Part shown: positions 18,523 to 27,098 of the stretch, one piece after another
Layout: each line of letters opens with the position of its first letter
How positions within the stretch are numbered: the first letter of the stretch is position 1
Source of the DNA: Frankiaceae bacterium
GTDB taxonomy: Bacteria; Actinomycetota; Actinomycetes; JAFAQI01
Reading direction: 5' to 3'
Length of the DNA stretch: 44,059 nt
Assembly (NCBI GenBank): GCA_025929315.1
Contig: JAICMI010000005.1
Span: 1-44,059 of the forward strand
Notes under the pieces: generated by a model
Databases searched by the model: none
Seen by the model: the letters and a program-made list of their open reading frames with translations, nothing else
What the model was told of the DNA's origin: nothing
Program-made: the position numbers and the translations under genes

Positions 18523-20228
18523 TCCGCGCCGGCGCCGTCGTCGACGGCACCGGCGCACCGTCGCGACACGCTGATGTCGGCGTGCGCCACGGACGCATCG
18601 TCACCGATGTCGACGGCGAGAGCGCCACCCGCACGATCGACGCTGACGGCCTCGTCGTCGCACCGGGCTTCGTCGACGTGCACACACACTACGACGCGCA
18701 GCTGACGTGGGACCCGACCGCGAGCCCGTCGATCTACCACGGCGTGACCACGGTTATCGGCGGCAACTGCGGATTCACGCTGGCTCCTGCCGGACCCGAT
18801 CACGCCGACTACTTGATGCGCATGATGGCGCGCGTCGAGGGGATCCCGGTCGATGCGCTGTCGAGCGGGCTGTCCTGGGACTGGACGTCGTACGAAGACT
18901 GGCTCGGCCGCTTCGAGGGCGACATCGCAGTCAACGCCGGCTTTCTCGTAGGTCACTGTGCCCTTCGTCGCTCGGTGATGGGCGCGGAAGCCACCGAGCG
19001 CGAGGCCAAGGACGACGAGGTTGCGGCGATGCAGCGGCTGCTCGCCGATGCGCTGCGGGCCGGCGGCCTCGGTTTCTCCTCCACGCAGTCCAACACGCAC
19101 AACGACGCCGAGGGTCGACCGGTGCCATCGCGCGTGGCGACAGGGGCGGAGCTGATCGCGCTCGCCGGCACGGTGCGCGACCAGCCGGGTACCACGCTGG
19201 AGTTCATCACCGCCGGCTGTCTCAGCAGCTTCAGCGACGACGAAGTCGAGCTGATGACCGGCATGTCACTCGCCGCCGACCGCCCGTTGAACTGGAACCT
19301 GCTCGGCGTCAGCGCGGCAAACCCCGACTTTCACAACCATCAGCTGGCGGCGTCGGACACCGCGGCGGCGCGCGGCGGTCGCATCGTCGCGCTCACGCTG
19401 CCGCACGTCATGCGGATTCGCCTGTCGTTCCTCACCGGCTTCGTGCTGGACGGGCTGCCGGGTTGGCGCGAGACGCTGCACCTGCCGGTTGCCGAGCGAG
19501 TTCGTGCGCTGTCGGATCCCGAGGTGCGCGCGCGCCTCGCGGCAGGGGCTGACTCTCCCGAGGCAGGCATGCTGCGCGGGCTCGCCAAGTGGGAGCGGCT
19601 GGATCTCGCCGAGACGTTCGCGCCGGAGACCGCGGCGTTTGCCGGCCGTTCGGTCGGCGACGTCGCGGCGGAGCGCGGCATCGATCCGTTCGACGCACTG
19701 CTCGACATCGTCGTCGCGGACGAGCTGCGTACCGGCCTGCACCCCGCGTTGCCCGAAGGCAGCGACGAGGACTGGCGGATGCGCGCTGAAGCCTGGCGCG
19801 ATCCCCGCACCGTCGTCGGCGGGTCCGACGCAGGTGCGCATCTCGACATGATGTGCGGCGCGATCTACTCGACGTCGCTGCTCGGCTCCGCAGTCCGCGA
19901 ACGGCAGCTCCTCTCGATCGAAGAGGCCGTGCGTCAGCTGACCGAGGTGCCGGCGCAGCTCTATGGACTGCGCAACCGTGGCCGCATCGCGGCTAACGCA
20001 CATGCCGATCTGGTGCTGTTCGATCCGGAGACGGTCGGCCACGGACCGGACCGCACGCGCAACGACCTGCCGGGTGGTGCCGCGCGGCTCTACGCCGAGG
20101 CCTTCGGCATCAAGCACGTCATCGTCAACGGTGTGGAAGTCGTCGCCGATGGCAGCGCGACCGGAGCGTCCCCGGGAACCCTGTTGCGTTCCGGACGGGA
20201 CACCGAGACGGTTCACGCCGCCGGATGA
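18507..20228 (+). CDS. N-acyl-D-amino-acid deacylase-family amidohydrolase
   Basis: PGFVDVHTHYD, GVTTVIGGNCG, GSDAGAH, ADLVLFDP. Confidence 0.88.
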   Translation: MLDLLIRAGAVVDGTGAPSRHADVGVRHGRIVTDVDGESATRTIDADGLVVAPGFVDVHTHYDAQLTWDPTASPSIYHGVTTVIGGNCGFTLAPAGPDHADYLMRMMARVEGIPVDALSSGLSWDWTSYEDWLGRFEGDIAVNAGFLVGHCALRRSVMGAEATEREAKDDEVAAMQRLLADALRAGGLGFSSTQSNTHNDAEGRPVPSRVATGAELIALAGTVRDQPGTTLEFITAGCLSSFSDDEVELMTGMSLAADRPLNWNLLGVSAANPDFHNHQLAASDTAAARGGRIVALTLPHVMRIRLSFLTGFVLDGLPGWRETLHLPVAERVRALSDPEVRARLAAGADSPEAGMLRGLAKWERLDLAETFAPETAAFAGRSVGDVAAERGIDPFDALLDIVVADELRTGLHPALPEGSDEDWRMRAEAWRDPRTVVGGSDAGAHLDMMCGAIYSTSLLGSAVRERQLLSIEEAVRQLTEVPAQLYGLRNRGRIAANAHADLVLFDPETVGHGPDRTRNDLPGGAARLYAEAFGIKHVIVNGVEVVADGSATGASPGTLLRSGRDTETVHAAG

Positions 20229-21307
20229 AAGCGTCTGTCCTGCACGAGCTCGGTGCGCCTCCGGTCGTCGAGGAGCTCGACCTGCGTTCGCTGCGACCGC
20301 ACGAGGTACGTGTTCGCCTCGCGGCGAGCGGCGTGTGTCACACCGATCTGTCGATACGCGACGGCTCGATGCCCGCATTGCTGCCGACGACGCTCGGTCA
20401 CGAGGGCGCCGGCGTGGTCGCCGAGATCGGCAGCGGCGTCACGCGCACAAAGCCCGGCGACCACGTCGTCCTGTCGTGGGTCGCGCCGTGTCGCGCCTGC
20501 CTGCACTGTCTGCGCGGCGCGGCACACCTGTGCGTGCACGGTCTCGACCACGGTTTCGGCGATCCTTACGCGGACGGGCCGGCCGGTCCGGTGTGGCCCG
20601 CGATGGGCTGCGGCACGCTCGCCGAGGAGACGCTGCTGCCTGAGACCGCGGTCATCCCGATCTCCGCCGAGCTGCCGCTCGAACAGGCCGCGCTGCTGGG
20701 TTGCGGTGTGCTCACCGGGGTCGGCGCCGTCGTACGCACTGCGCACGTCAGACCCGGCGAGACGGTCCTTGTCGTCGGGTGCGGTGGCGTCGGTCTGGCT
20801 GCGGTGCAGGGCGCGCGACTGTCGGGCGCGGCGCGCATCCTCGCGGCGGACCCATCGCCGAGCGCACGTGAGCGCGCCCTGGCTTCCGGCGCGACGCACG
20901 TCATCGACCCGGCCGCGGATGACGTGCCGGCGGCCGCTCGTGAGCTGACCGACGGTCACGGTGTGGATCACGGCATCGAGGTCGTGGGACTTTCGACGAC
21001 GATTCGTTCGACGTACGACGCGACCCGACGCGGTGGCATCGTGACAGTCGTCGGGGCCGGGCGGTTCGACGACGATGTGAGCATCCCCGCGCTGTCGCTG
21101 ATGGCCGATGCGAAGCAGATTCGAGGCAGCGTCTTCGGGTCGACCGATCCCGATCGCGATCTCCCTCCACTCGTGGACTTGGTGCTCCGCGGTGCCCTCG
21201 ACGTCAATGCGCTGGTGACCCGACGTATCGGCCTGGCCGACGTCGACGGCGCCTTCGCCGCCATGACGGCAGCAGAAGTAGCCCGCAGTGTGGTCGTCTT
21301 CGGCTAA
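20225..21307 (+). CDS. Zinc-dependent alcohol dehydrogenase (class III-like MDR)
   Basis: CHTD, GHEGAG, CRACLHC...C structural Zn, GCGVLTG, GCGGVG. Confidence 0.93.
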   Translation: MKASVLHELGAPPVVEELDLRSLRPHEVRVRLAASGVCHTDLSIRDGSMPALLPTTLGHEGAGVVAEIGSGVTRTKPGDHVVLSWVAPCRACLHCLRGAAHLCVHGLDHGFGDPYADGPAGPVWPAMGCGTLAEETLLPETAVIPISAELPLEQAALLGCGVLTGVGAVVRTAHVRPGETVLVVGCGGVGLAAVQGARLSGAARILAADPSPSARERALASGATHVIDPAADDVPAAARELTDGHGVDHGIEVVGLSTTIRSTYDATRRGGIVTVVGAGRFDDDVSIPALSLMADAKQIRGSVFGSTDPDRDLPPLVDLVLRGALDVNALVTRRIGLADVDGAFAAMTAAEVARSVVVFG

Positions 21308-21308
21308 G

Positions 21309-21338
21309 AGGCTGCTTCTGCGGCAGCCTTGACTCTTT
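21309..21338 (+). terminator. Putative intrinsic terminator
   Basis: AGGCTGC-N7-GCAGCCT stem directly after stop, followed by TGACTCTTT. Confidence 0.5.
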
Positions 21339-21437
21339 CCAGAGTGCGGAACATGTCTCGCTGGTTGCGACGCTCCCGGAGGAATCCGCCAAGTGGGCGC
21401 CAGACTTTGGTGAACAGGTTGTCGCCGAGGTCGAAGG

Positions 21438-21566
21438 AACAGCGAATTCGAACACCTCACCGGGCTTGCACTCGGTGATCTCGCACGTGGCCCAATAGAG
21501 GACCGACCACTTCTCGTTGCGCTTCACGTGCCCCCGGTGTCGCGCACCGACCGCCGGCCCGGTAGC
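21438..21566 (-). pseudogene. Internal fragment of SRPBCC/START-like (polyketide cyclase) gene
   Basis: Reads ATGPAVGARHRGHVKRNEKWSVLYWATCEITECKPGEVFEFAV directly after an in-frame TGA (21567-21569); N- and C-terminal parts not recognisable. Confidence 0.65.
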
Positions 21567-21673
21567 TCAGAGCCCCGTACGCGGGCGGCCAGAACCGCCA
21601 GCTGAAAATGATGCGGGTGTGCTGTTGTTAGCCATCTCCATTTTGAGGGACGCACTAGTTGAGAGGCATTCCA

Positions 21674-21988
21674 ATGACGCAGGTGGCAGTGGTCGCCAAG
21701 CTGACGGCGGTCGATGGCAAGAGCGAGGACCTCGCGGCGGTGATCGCTGATCTCGTGGCCCAGGTGCAAGCCGACGAGCCAGGCACTCTCGTCTACGCCG
21801 CGGCGCAGGACTCGGCCGACGTGAACGTGTTCTGGTTCTACGAGTTCTACGGGTCACCCGACGCCGCTACTGAGCACTCCACGGGTCCGGCACTCACCAA
21901 GGCCCGGGAGCGGATGCGTGGGTTGCTTGCCGGGCGACCCGAGGTGCACCGGCTGACCCCCATCGCCGGCAAGGGCGTGCCCGTGTGA
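21674..21988 (+). CDS. Antibiotic-biosynthesis-monooxygenase (ABM) family protein
   Basis: VAVVAKL...EPGTLVY...FWFYEFY...EH; GAGAGG RBS. Confidence 0.85.
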   Translation: MTQVAVVAKLTAVDGKSEDLAAVIADLVAQVQADEPGTLVYAAAQDSADVNVFWFYEFYGSPDAATEHSTGPALTKARERMRGLLAGRPEVHRLTPIAGKGVPV

Positions 21989-21994
21989 GCAGGG

Positions 21995-22660
21995 TCATTG
22001 CGGCGGTCGTGTGGCGTCGAGGATGAACCAGCCGTGCTCGATGGGCGTGACACTCGCCTGCCATTCGAGGGTTGCCAGACGACTCGCGAGATCGTCAGGT
22101 TCCCAGAACACCTTGACGACCTCGTGCGTCGTCCCGTCCTGAAGGGTACGGATCGCGACCTCGCCCTGGATCTGACCCTCGTGAAAGCTACGGCTCGGCA
22201 GCTCGTCGAGCGCGAGGGCGCGTCCGCCAGGACGCAGTGCTGCCTCGACGCTGGACCAGAAGCCGGCGAAACGGTCGGCGGGCACATGTGAGAGCCAAGC
22301 CGAGAAGAAGACCACATCCCACGACTCGGTGGGTGTCCAGTTGAAGAGATCAACCCGTTCGAAGCGGACGCCCGTGGGCACTCGCTGGCGGGCGAGCTCG
22401 AGCATCTCCGGCGCGCCGTCGAGAGCGGTCAGCGTCGCCGCGTGGCGGACAAGCTCTGCGGTCCAGATGCCTGTGCCACATGCAAGCTCGATGACGTCAC
22501 CCGAAATGCCGAGTCGGTCGACGATCGCCGGTACCGAAGCGCGTTCACCGGAAACGGCGCCGTAGCTCGTAGCGTCGTACTCAGCCGCTCGGGCCCGGTA
22601 GTAGCGCAACTGCCCGGCAACCAGATCGTTCACTTGCTCGACCACAGAAGCATCCTGCAC
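21995..22660 (-). CDS. Class I SAM-dependent methyltransferase
   Basis: YYRARAAEYD, VIELACGTG, LDGAPEML, WLSHVP, LRPGG; GTG start at 22660 with purine-rich RBS. Confidence 0.88.
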   Translation of the reverse strand: MQDASVVEQVNDLVAGQLRYYRARAAEYDATSYGAVSGERASVPAIVDRLGISGDVIELACGTGIWTAELVRHAATLTALDGAPEMLELARQRVPTGVRFERVDLFNWTPTESWDVVFFSAWLSHVPADRFAGFWSSVEAALRPGGRALALDELPSRSFHEGQIQGEVAIRTLQDGTTHEVVKVFWEPDDLASRLATLEWQASVTPIEHGWFILDATRPPQ

Positions 22661-22757
22661 TAGCGGTGTGCCCTTCTTGGAACAACTCCGACAGTAAGAA
22701 ACGCGTGCTGTTCCGGTGGTAGACGTTCTCAGCGACGGTGACCGTGGTCGGACCGTT

Positions 22758-22925
22758 TCACGAGGCATCCAGTCGCAGGGCGCCAATGACGATCAGCGCG
22801 ATCCCGACGGGCGCGGCGATCAACCCGATTGGCGTGAACGCGGCCAGGACGAGGAGCGAGCAGAGCAGAACGCCAACCATGAGCATCGTGATTCCGATGA
22901 TCTTGGTTCGGCGAACGCTGGTCAC
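22758..22925 (-). CDS. Small hydrophobic membrane protein (55 aa)
   Basis: Two hydrophobic stretches; GTG preceded 6 nt upstream by TACGCT (-10-like). Confidence 0.45.
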   Translation of the reverse strand: MTSVRRTKIIGITMLMVGVLLCSLLVLAAFTPIGLIAAPVGIALIVIGALRLDAS

Positions 22926-22977
22926 GTTTCCAGCGTATGTACGAGCTGCGATCCAGCTCGAGGCGTAGGTTCCGCGC

Positions 22978-23508
22978 GTGGATGACTGGCGACGAGCACC
23001 TGGCGAAGGTCGATACGCGCAGCGCGAGCTAGAAAGGCGATTCCTGGTCACGGGCAAGCCGCCAGTCGCAGAATCGCGGCGGCTCGTCGAGGATCGCTAC
23101 CTGGACGGGACTACGTTGCGCCTGCGCCGGGTCACGGTCTCGGACGAGCGCGTTTGGAAGCTGACCCAGAAGGTCCGGGCCGATGCCAAGGATCCCGCCA
23201 GCGTTGCGATAACCAACATCTACTTGACCGGCGACGAGTACGCGCTCCTTGCCCAATTGCCCGCATCCGTCCTCACAAAAAGGCGAAGCATCTGCGTTGT
23301 CGATGGCGCACGCTTTGCAATCGACGAATTCGACGGCCACTTGGCGGGGCTTCGACTTGCTGAAGTGGAGATCGACGATCTCGAGCACGAGCTGCCGCAG
23401 TCGCCGTGGTTGGGGCGGGACGTCACGCATGACGATTGCTTCTCCGGAGGTCGGCTGGCACGGCTCCCATCAGGTCATCTCGATCAATTGCTGGCAGGCA
23501 CGACGTAG
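22978..23508 (+). CDS. CYTH (triphosphate tunnel metalloenzyme) domain protein
   Basis: ELERRFL, DRYL, LRLRR, KLTQK, AIDEF, LAEVE, WLGRDVT. Confidence 0.8.
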   Translation: MDDWRRAPGEGRYAQRELERRFLVTGKPPVAESRRLVEDRYLDGTTLRLRRVTVSDERVWKLTQKVRADAKDPASVAITNIYLTGDEYALLAQLPASVLTKRRSICVVDGARFAIDEFDGHLAGLRLAEVEIDDLEHELPQSPWLGRDVTHDDCFSGGRLARLPSGHLDQLLAGTT

Positions 23509-23523
23509 GGCCTAATCAGCACC

Positions 23524-23940
23524 ATGGCGTTCAAGGCGTACGACGGAGGAACCGATGCAATTGACATGGCCGTACGCGGCTCCCGGCGGGAGAAGTCCGT
23601 CTACACGTTCGGCTTGGTTGGACGTGTCCTATGGACCATAGGAAGTCTCGCAGTCCTCTACTTCCTGCTGTCGCCAATAGTGAGACTCGTGCGGGGAGGT
23701 CTCATCAATGCGGGCATCGGCGCCATGGTGCCGCTGTTTCTCGGCGTCGCTGGAACGATCCTGCTCGTGTGGGTGTGGCCACGTTTTCTTCGCGACACCT
23801 GGCAGCCCGCGTCGATCTCAGGCGACGAGCTGATCGAGTTACGTGCGCAGGTCCGACGGGAGGCGGAATTTCAAAAGTGGGTGCCGGCGGAGAGCGACGA
23901 GGTGCCAATCTTGGCGCGAACCGGCCCAACGCGCTGGTAG
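23524..23940 (+). CDS. Hypothetical 2-TM membrane protein
   Basis: 138-aa ORF filling the gap, with two hydrophobic segments; no family recognised. Confidence 0.55.
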   Translation: MAFKAYDGGTDAIDMAVRGSRREKSVYTFGLVGRVLWTIGSLAVLYFLLSPIVRLVRGGLINAGIGAMVPLFLGVAGTILLVWVWPRFLRDTWQPASISGDELIELRAQVRREAEFQKWVPAESDEVPILARTGPTRW

Positions 23941-23961
23941 TCGCCGAACGTTGGAGCGTCA

Positions 23962-23990
23962 CCTGGTCTGGCTTCGCCGCGCAGACCAGG
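23962..23990. terminator. Hairpin between convergent genes
   Basis: Perfect 9-bp inverted repeat CCTGGTCTG/CAGACCAGG. Confidence 0.45.
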
Positions 23991-24043
23991 CAGGGCTTCA
24001 AGAATCGGCCGTAGCGAGCCGCGAACGGCGGTCGAATCGCGAA

Positions 24044-25267
24044 CTAGCCGAACACCACGGGTAGCGCGGCCGGAGAGCGGAACGCGACGCCGGTGATCTT
24101 CGGCGGCTCCGCGTCCGGATCGAGACGCAGTCCGGGCAGTCGGTCGAACAGCGCGTTCAGCGCCACGCGCGACTCCATCCGCGCCAAGTGCATGCCCAGA
24201 CACGTATGTGGGCCATGGCCGAACGTGAAATGGCTGATGTTCTTGCGATCCAGATCGAACTCATCCGGATTCGAATAGCGAGCCGGGTCACGGTTGGCCG
24301 AAGCGACGCTGATGTTGACGGTCATCCCCGCGTCGACCTCGACTCCGCCGAGCGTCGTATCCCGGACGCAGCTGCGCACGATCGACGTGATCGGTGGCTC
24401 CCAGCGCAGCGCCTCCTCGATCGCGCGCGGCAGCTGGGCACGATTCGCGAGGACTTGTTCGAGGTTCTCCGGCTTGGTCAACAACGCGACGAGCAAGTTG
24501 CCGGACGAGCGGTAGGTCGTCTCGACACCCGCCGGCAGCATCAGCCGGACGAACGCGAAGATCTCCTCGTCGGTCAGCGTCGAACCGTCGACCTCGACCG
24601 TGGCCAGCTCGGAGATCAGGTCGTCGGACGGCTCGCGGCGTCGTTCGGCGAGGACGCCGGCGAGGTATTCGCCCATCTCCTTGGCCGCGGCGATGCCGCG
24701 GTCCCAGTCATAGACCACGTTCAGCAGCTCGATCGACAACCGCTGGAACCGCGGATAGTCGCTGCGCGGCAGCCCGAGCAGCCGCGCGATGACCTGCACC
24801 GGAAAAGCAAAGGTGAACTCGCGGACGAGGTCCGCCTTGCCCCGTTCGACCATCGAGTCGATCAGCTCGTCGACGACGACCTGGACAAGCTCGGTTTCCC
24901 ACCGCTGCATCAGCTTGGTGCGGAAAGCCGGCGAGACCAACGCGCGGTTGGCGCGGTGCTCGGCGCCGTCCATCTGCAACAGCGTCCGGCCCATGACCGG
25001 ACCCATGATCATCTCGTAGATCCCAGCCGAGTAGGTGTCGGGATCGCTGAGCACTTCCTGCGCTGCGTCGAAGCCCAACACCGTCACATCGGCCGGCTTG
25101 AGGTTGGACCCAAGCGTCTCGGCGAACGGGTTGCCCAACATCACCGGCCCGCGTTCGCGAGCCTCCCGCAGCCGCTCGTGCACGTTGGTGACATGCAGCA
25201 GCAGACCGTCCTGCAACGCGTTGGGGTCGAACGACTCGATCTCACCGACCGCGGGTGCGTCCGTCAT
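24044..25267 (-). CDS. Cytochrome P450
   Basis: AGVETT I-helix, EEALR (ExxR), FGHGPHTCLG heme motif. Confidence 0.96.
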   Translation of the reverse strand: MTDAPAVGEIESFDPNALQDGLLLHVTNVHERLREARERGPVMLGNPFAETLGSNLKPADVTVLGFDAAQEVLSDPDTYSAGIYEMIMGPVMGRTLLQMDGAEHRANRALVSPAFRTKLMQRWETELVQVVVDELIDSMVERGKADLVREFTFAFPVQVIARLLGLPRSDYPRFQRLSIELLNVVYDWDRGIAAAKEMGEYLAGVLAERRREPSDDLISELATVEVDGSTLTDEEIFAFVRLMLPAGVETTYRSSGNLLVALLTKPENLEQVLANRAQLPRAIEEALRWEPPITSIVRSCVRDTTLGGVEVDAGMTVNISVASANRDPARYSNPDEFDLDRKNISHFTFGHGPHTCLGMHLARMESRVALNALFDRLPGLRLDPDAEPPKITGVAFRSPAALPVVFG

Positions 25268-25269
25268 GC

Positions 25270-25755
25270 TCAGCCCAGCAGCTTTTCGATCGCCTCGACG
25301 AGCTCGTCGGACTCCGGCTCCGTCAACGGGCTGAAACGCTGCACCGGCTCACCGTTGCGGTCCACAAGGAACTTCTCGAAGTTCCAACGGATATCACCGG
25401 TGTTGCCCTCACTGTCGGCGAGTGGCGTGAGCACGTCGTACAACGGCTGACGATCGGGACCGTTGACGTCGTTCTTCTCGAACAACGGGAACGTCACGCC
25501 GTAGGACGAGCTGCAGAACGTCGCGATCTCGTCGGCCGAGCCGGGCTCCTGCTCGCCGAACTGGTTGCACGGGAAACCGAGTACGACGAAGCCGCGGTCG
25601 GCGAACTTCTCGTGCAGCTTCTCGAGTCCGGTGTATTGAGGTGTCAACCCGCACTTGGATGCGACGTTGACGACGAGCAGCACCTGGTCCTTGTAGTCAG
25701 CCAATGACGCCTCGGCACCGTCAAGCGCGCGGACGGGGACGTCGTAGATGCTCAT
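25270..25755 (-). CDS. Cys-type glutathione peroxidase family protein
   Basis: VNVASKCGLTPQY, GFPCNQF, WNFEKFL. Confidence 0.95.
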   Translation of the reverse strand: MSIYDVPVRALDGAEASLADYKDQVLLVVNVASKCGLTPQYTGLEKLHEKFADRGFVVLGFPCNQFGEQEPGSADEIATFCSSSYGVTFPLFEKNDVNGPDRQPLYDVLTPLADSEGNTGDIRWNFEKFLVDRNGEPVQRFSPLTEPESDELVEAIEKLLG

Positions 25756-26966
25756 CAGCTGATCCCTGACGTCGTCACGCCGTCAGCCTCGGCGCGAAGC
25801 GCAGCAACCGTGCACTTCTCCTTGGGCCGGTGCGCGAACGGGTCGTAGCTGAACGCCTTGAGCGCGTTGAGGTGCGAGATCTTGTCGATGTCGGACTGGC
25901 TCACGGTGTCGTCGAAGTGCTTGGCAAAAGCCTCGGGCGCGTTGGGCCACGACGAGTCGGAGTGCGGGTAGTCGCACTCCCACGTGATGTTGTCGACACC
26001 GATCAGCTCGCGGTTGGCGATGCCGGCCTTGTCATCGATGAAGCAGAACGTGAAGTTCTCCCTGGCCTTCTGGCTCGGGAGCATGTCGCCGAACTGCTGG
26101 TTGGTCCAGAAGCGGTGCCGCTCGTAGACGTAGTCGATCCGCTCGAGGAAGTAGGGCAGCCACCCGATGCCTCCCTCGGACAGCGCGAACTTCAGGTCCG
26201 GGAAGCGCTTGAGCGCCGGCGACCAGATGAGGTTGGCCGCAGTCTGGAAGAGGTTCATCGGCGTCAACGTGATCATCACGTCGATCGGCGCCTCCTCGAG
26301 CGTCGGGATCGACGACGACGAGCCGATGTGCAGCGCGATGATCGTGCCCTCGTCGACGCACGCCTTGTAGAACGGGTCCCAGTGCTCCGAGTGCAGCGTC
26401 GGCCAGCCGAGCTTGGACGGGTCTTCGCTGAAGGTGATCGCGTGACAACCCTTGGCCGCCAGTCGTCGTACCTCCGCTGCCATCAGCTCGGGGTCCCAGA
26501 TCGGCGGCAGGCCGAGCGGGATGAAGCGGCCGGGATATGAGCCGCACCACTCGTCGACGTGCCAGTCGTTGTAGGCCTGGAGCATCACGTGGCCGAGCTC
26601 CTTGTCCTGCGCCCGCGAGAACAGCTGGCCGCAGAACTGCGGGAACGACGGGAAGCACATCGACCCGAGCACGCCGTTGACGTTCATGTCCTTGACGCGC
26701 TCGTGGATGTCGTAGGTCCCGCGCCGGATCTGGTCGTAGGACGTGACGTCCATGTTGTAGTCCTCGGGCGGGCGCCCGGCGACGGCGTTGAGACCGATGT
26801 TGGGGATCTCGTTGCCCTCGAAGACCCAGACCTCGTGACCCTCCGGCTTGCGGACGCTCCTGGGCGCCTGGTCCCGCCACTTTTCCGGCACGTGCCGGTC
26901 GAACATGTCCGGCGGCGCGACCACCTGGTCGGCGACGCACACAAGGATCAGGTCGTCTACTCGCAT
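25755..26966 (-). CDS. Amidohydrolase family 2 protein with altered N-terminal metal motif
   Basis: CFPS, LHIGS, LSEGG, WECDYPHSD intact; N-terminus CVADQVVAPP instead of SVDDHVVEPP. Confidence 0.88.
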   Translation of the reverse strand: MRVDDLILVCVADQVVAPPDMFDRHVPEKWRDQAPRSVRKPEGHEVWVFEGNEIPNIGLNAVAGRPPEDYNMDVTSYDQIRRGTYDIHERVKDMNVNGVLGSMCFPSFPQFCGQLFSRAQDKELGHVMLQAYNDWHVDEWCGSYPGRFIPLGLPPIWDPELMAAEVRRLAAKGCHAITFSEDPSKLGWPTLHSEHWDPFYKACVDEGTIIALHIGSSSSIPTLEEAPIDVMITLTPMNLFQTAANLIWSPALKRFPDLKFALSEGGIGWLPYFLERIDYVYERHRFWTNQQFGDMLPSQKARENFTFCFIDDKAGIANRELIGVDNITWECDYPHSDSSWPNAPEAFAKHFDDTVSQSDIDKISHLNALKAFSYDPFAHRPKEKCTVAALRAEADGVTTSGIS

Positions 26967-26997
26967 GAAGGCGACGATATGCCCGCACGCGGCCGTG

Positions 26998-27014
26998 TGG
27001 AAAGGGCCCTCTCA
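26998..27014. promoter_or_regulatory. Candidate operator (TGAGAA-N5-TTCTCA-like)
   Basis: TGGAAA-GGGCC-CTCTCA in divergent intergenic region. Confidence 0.35.
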
Positions 27015-27098
27015 TTCTACGCAACTGTTGATCTCAGGCAGCAGGCGTGCAAACCTCCCTAGCAGGGAAAACACCCGAAAACGCATACTCGGGGGATC

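Noticed and set aside
21204-21527. 107-aa ORF as an intact gene
   Set aside because: Only the first ~30 residues resemble SRPBCC, the similarity extends upstream of the start to a stop codon, and the tail overlaps the ADH gene; treated as a remnant
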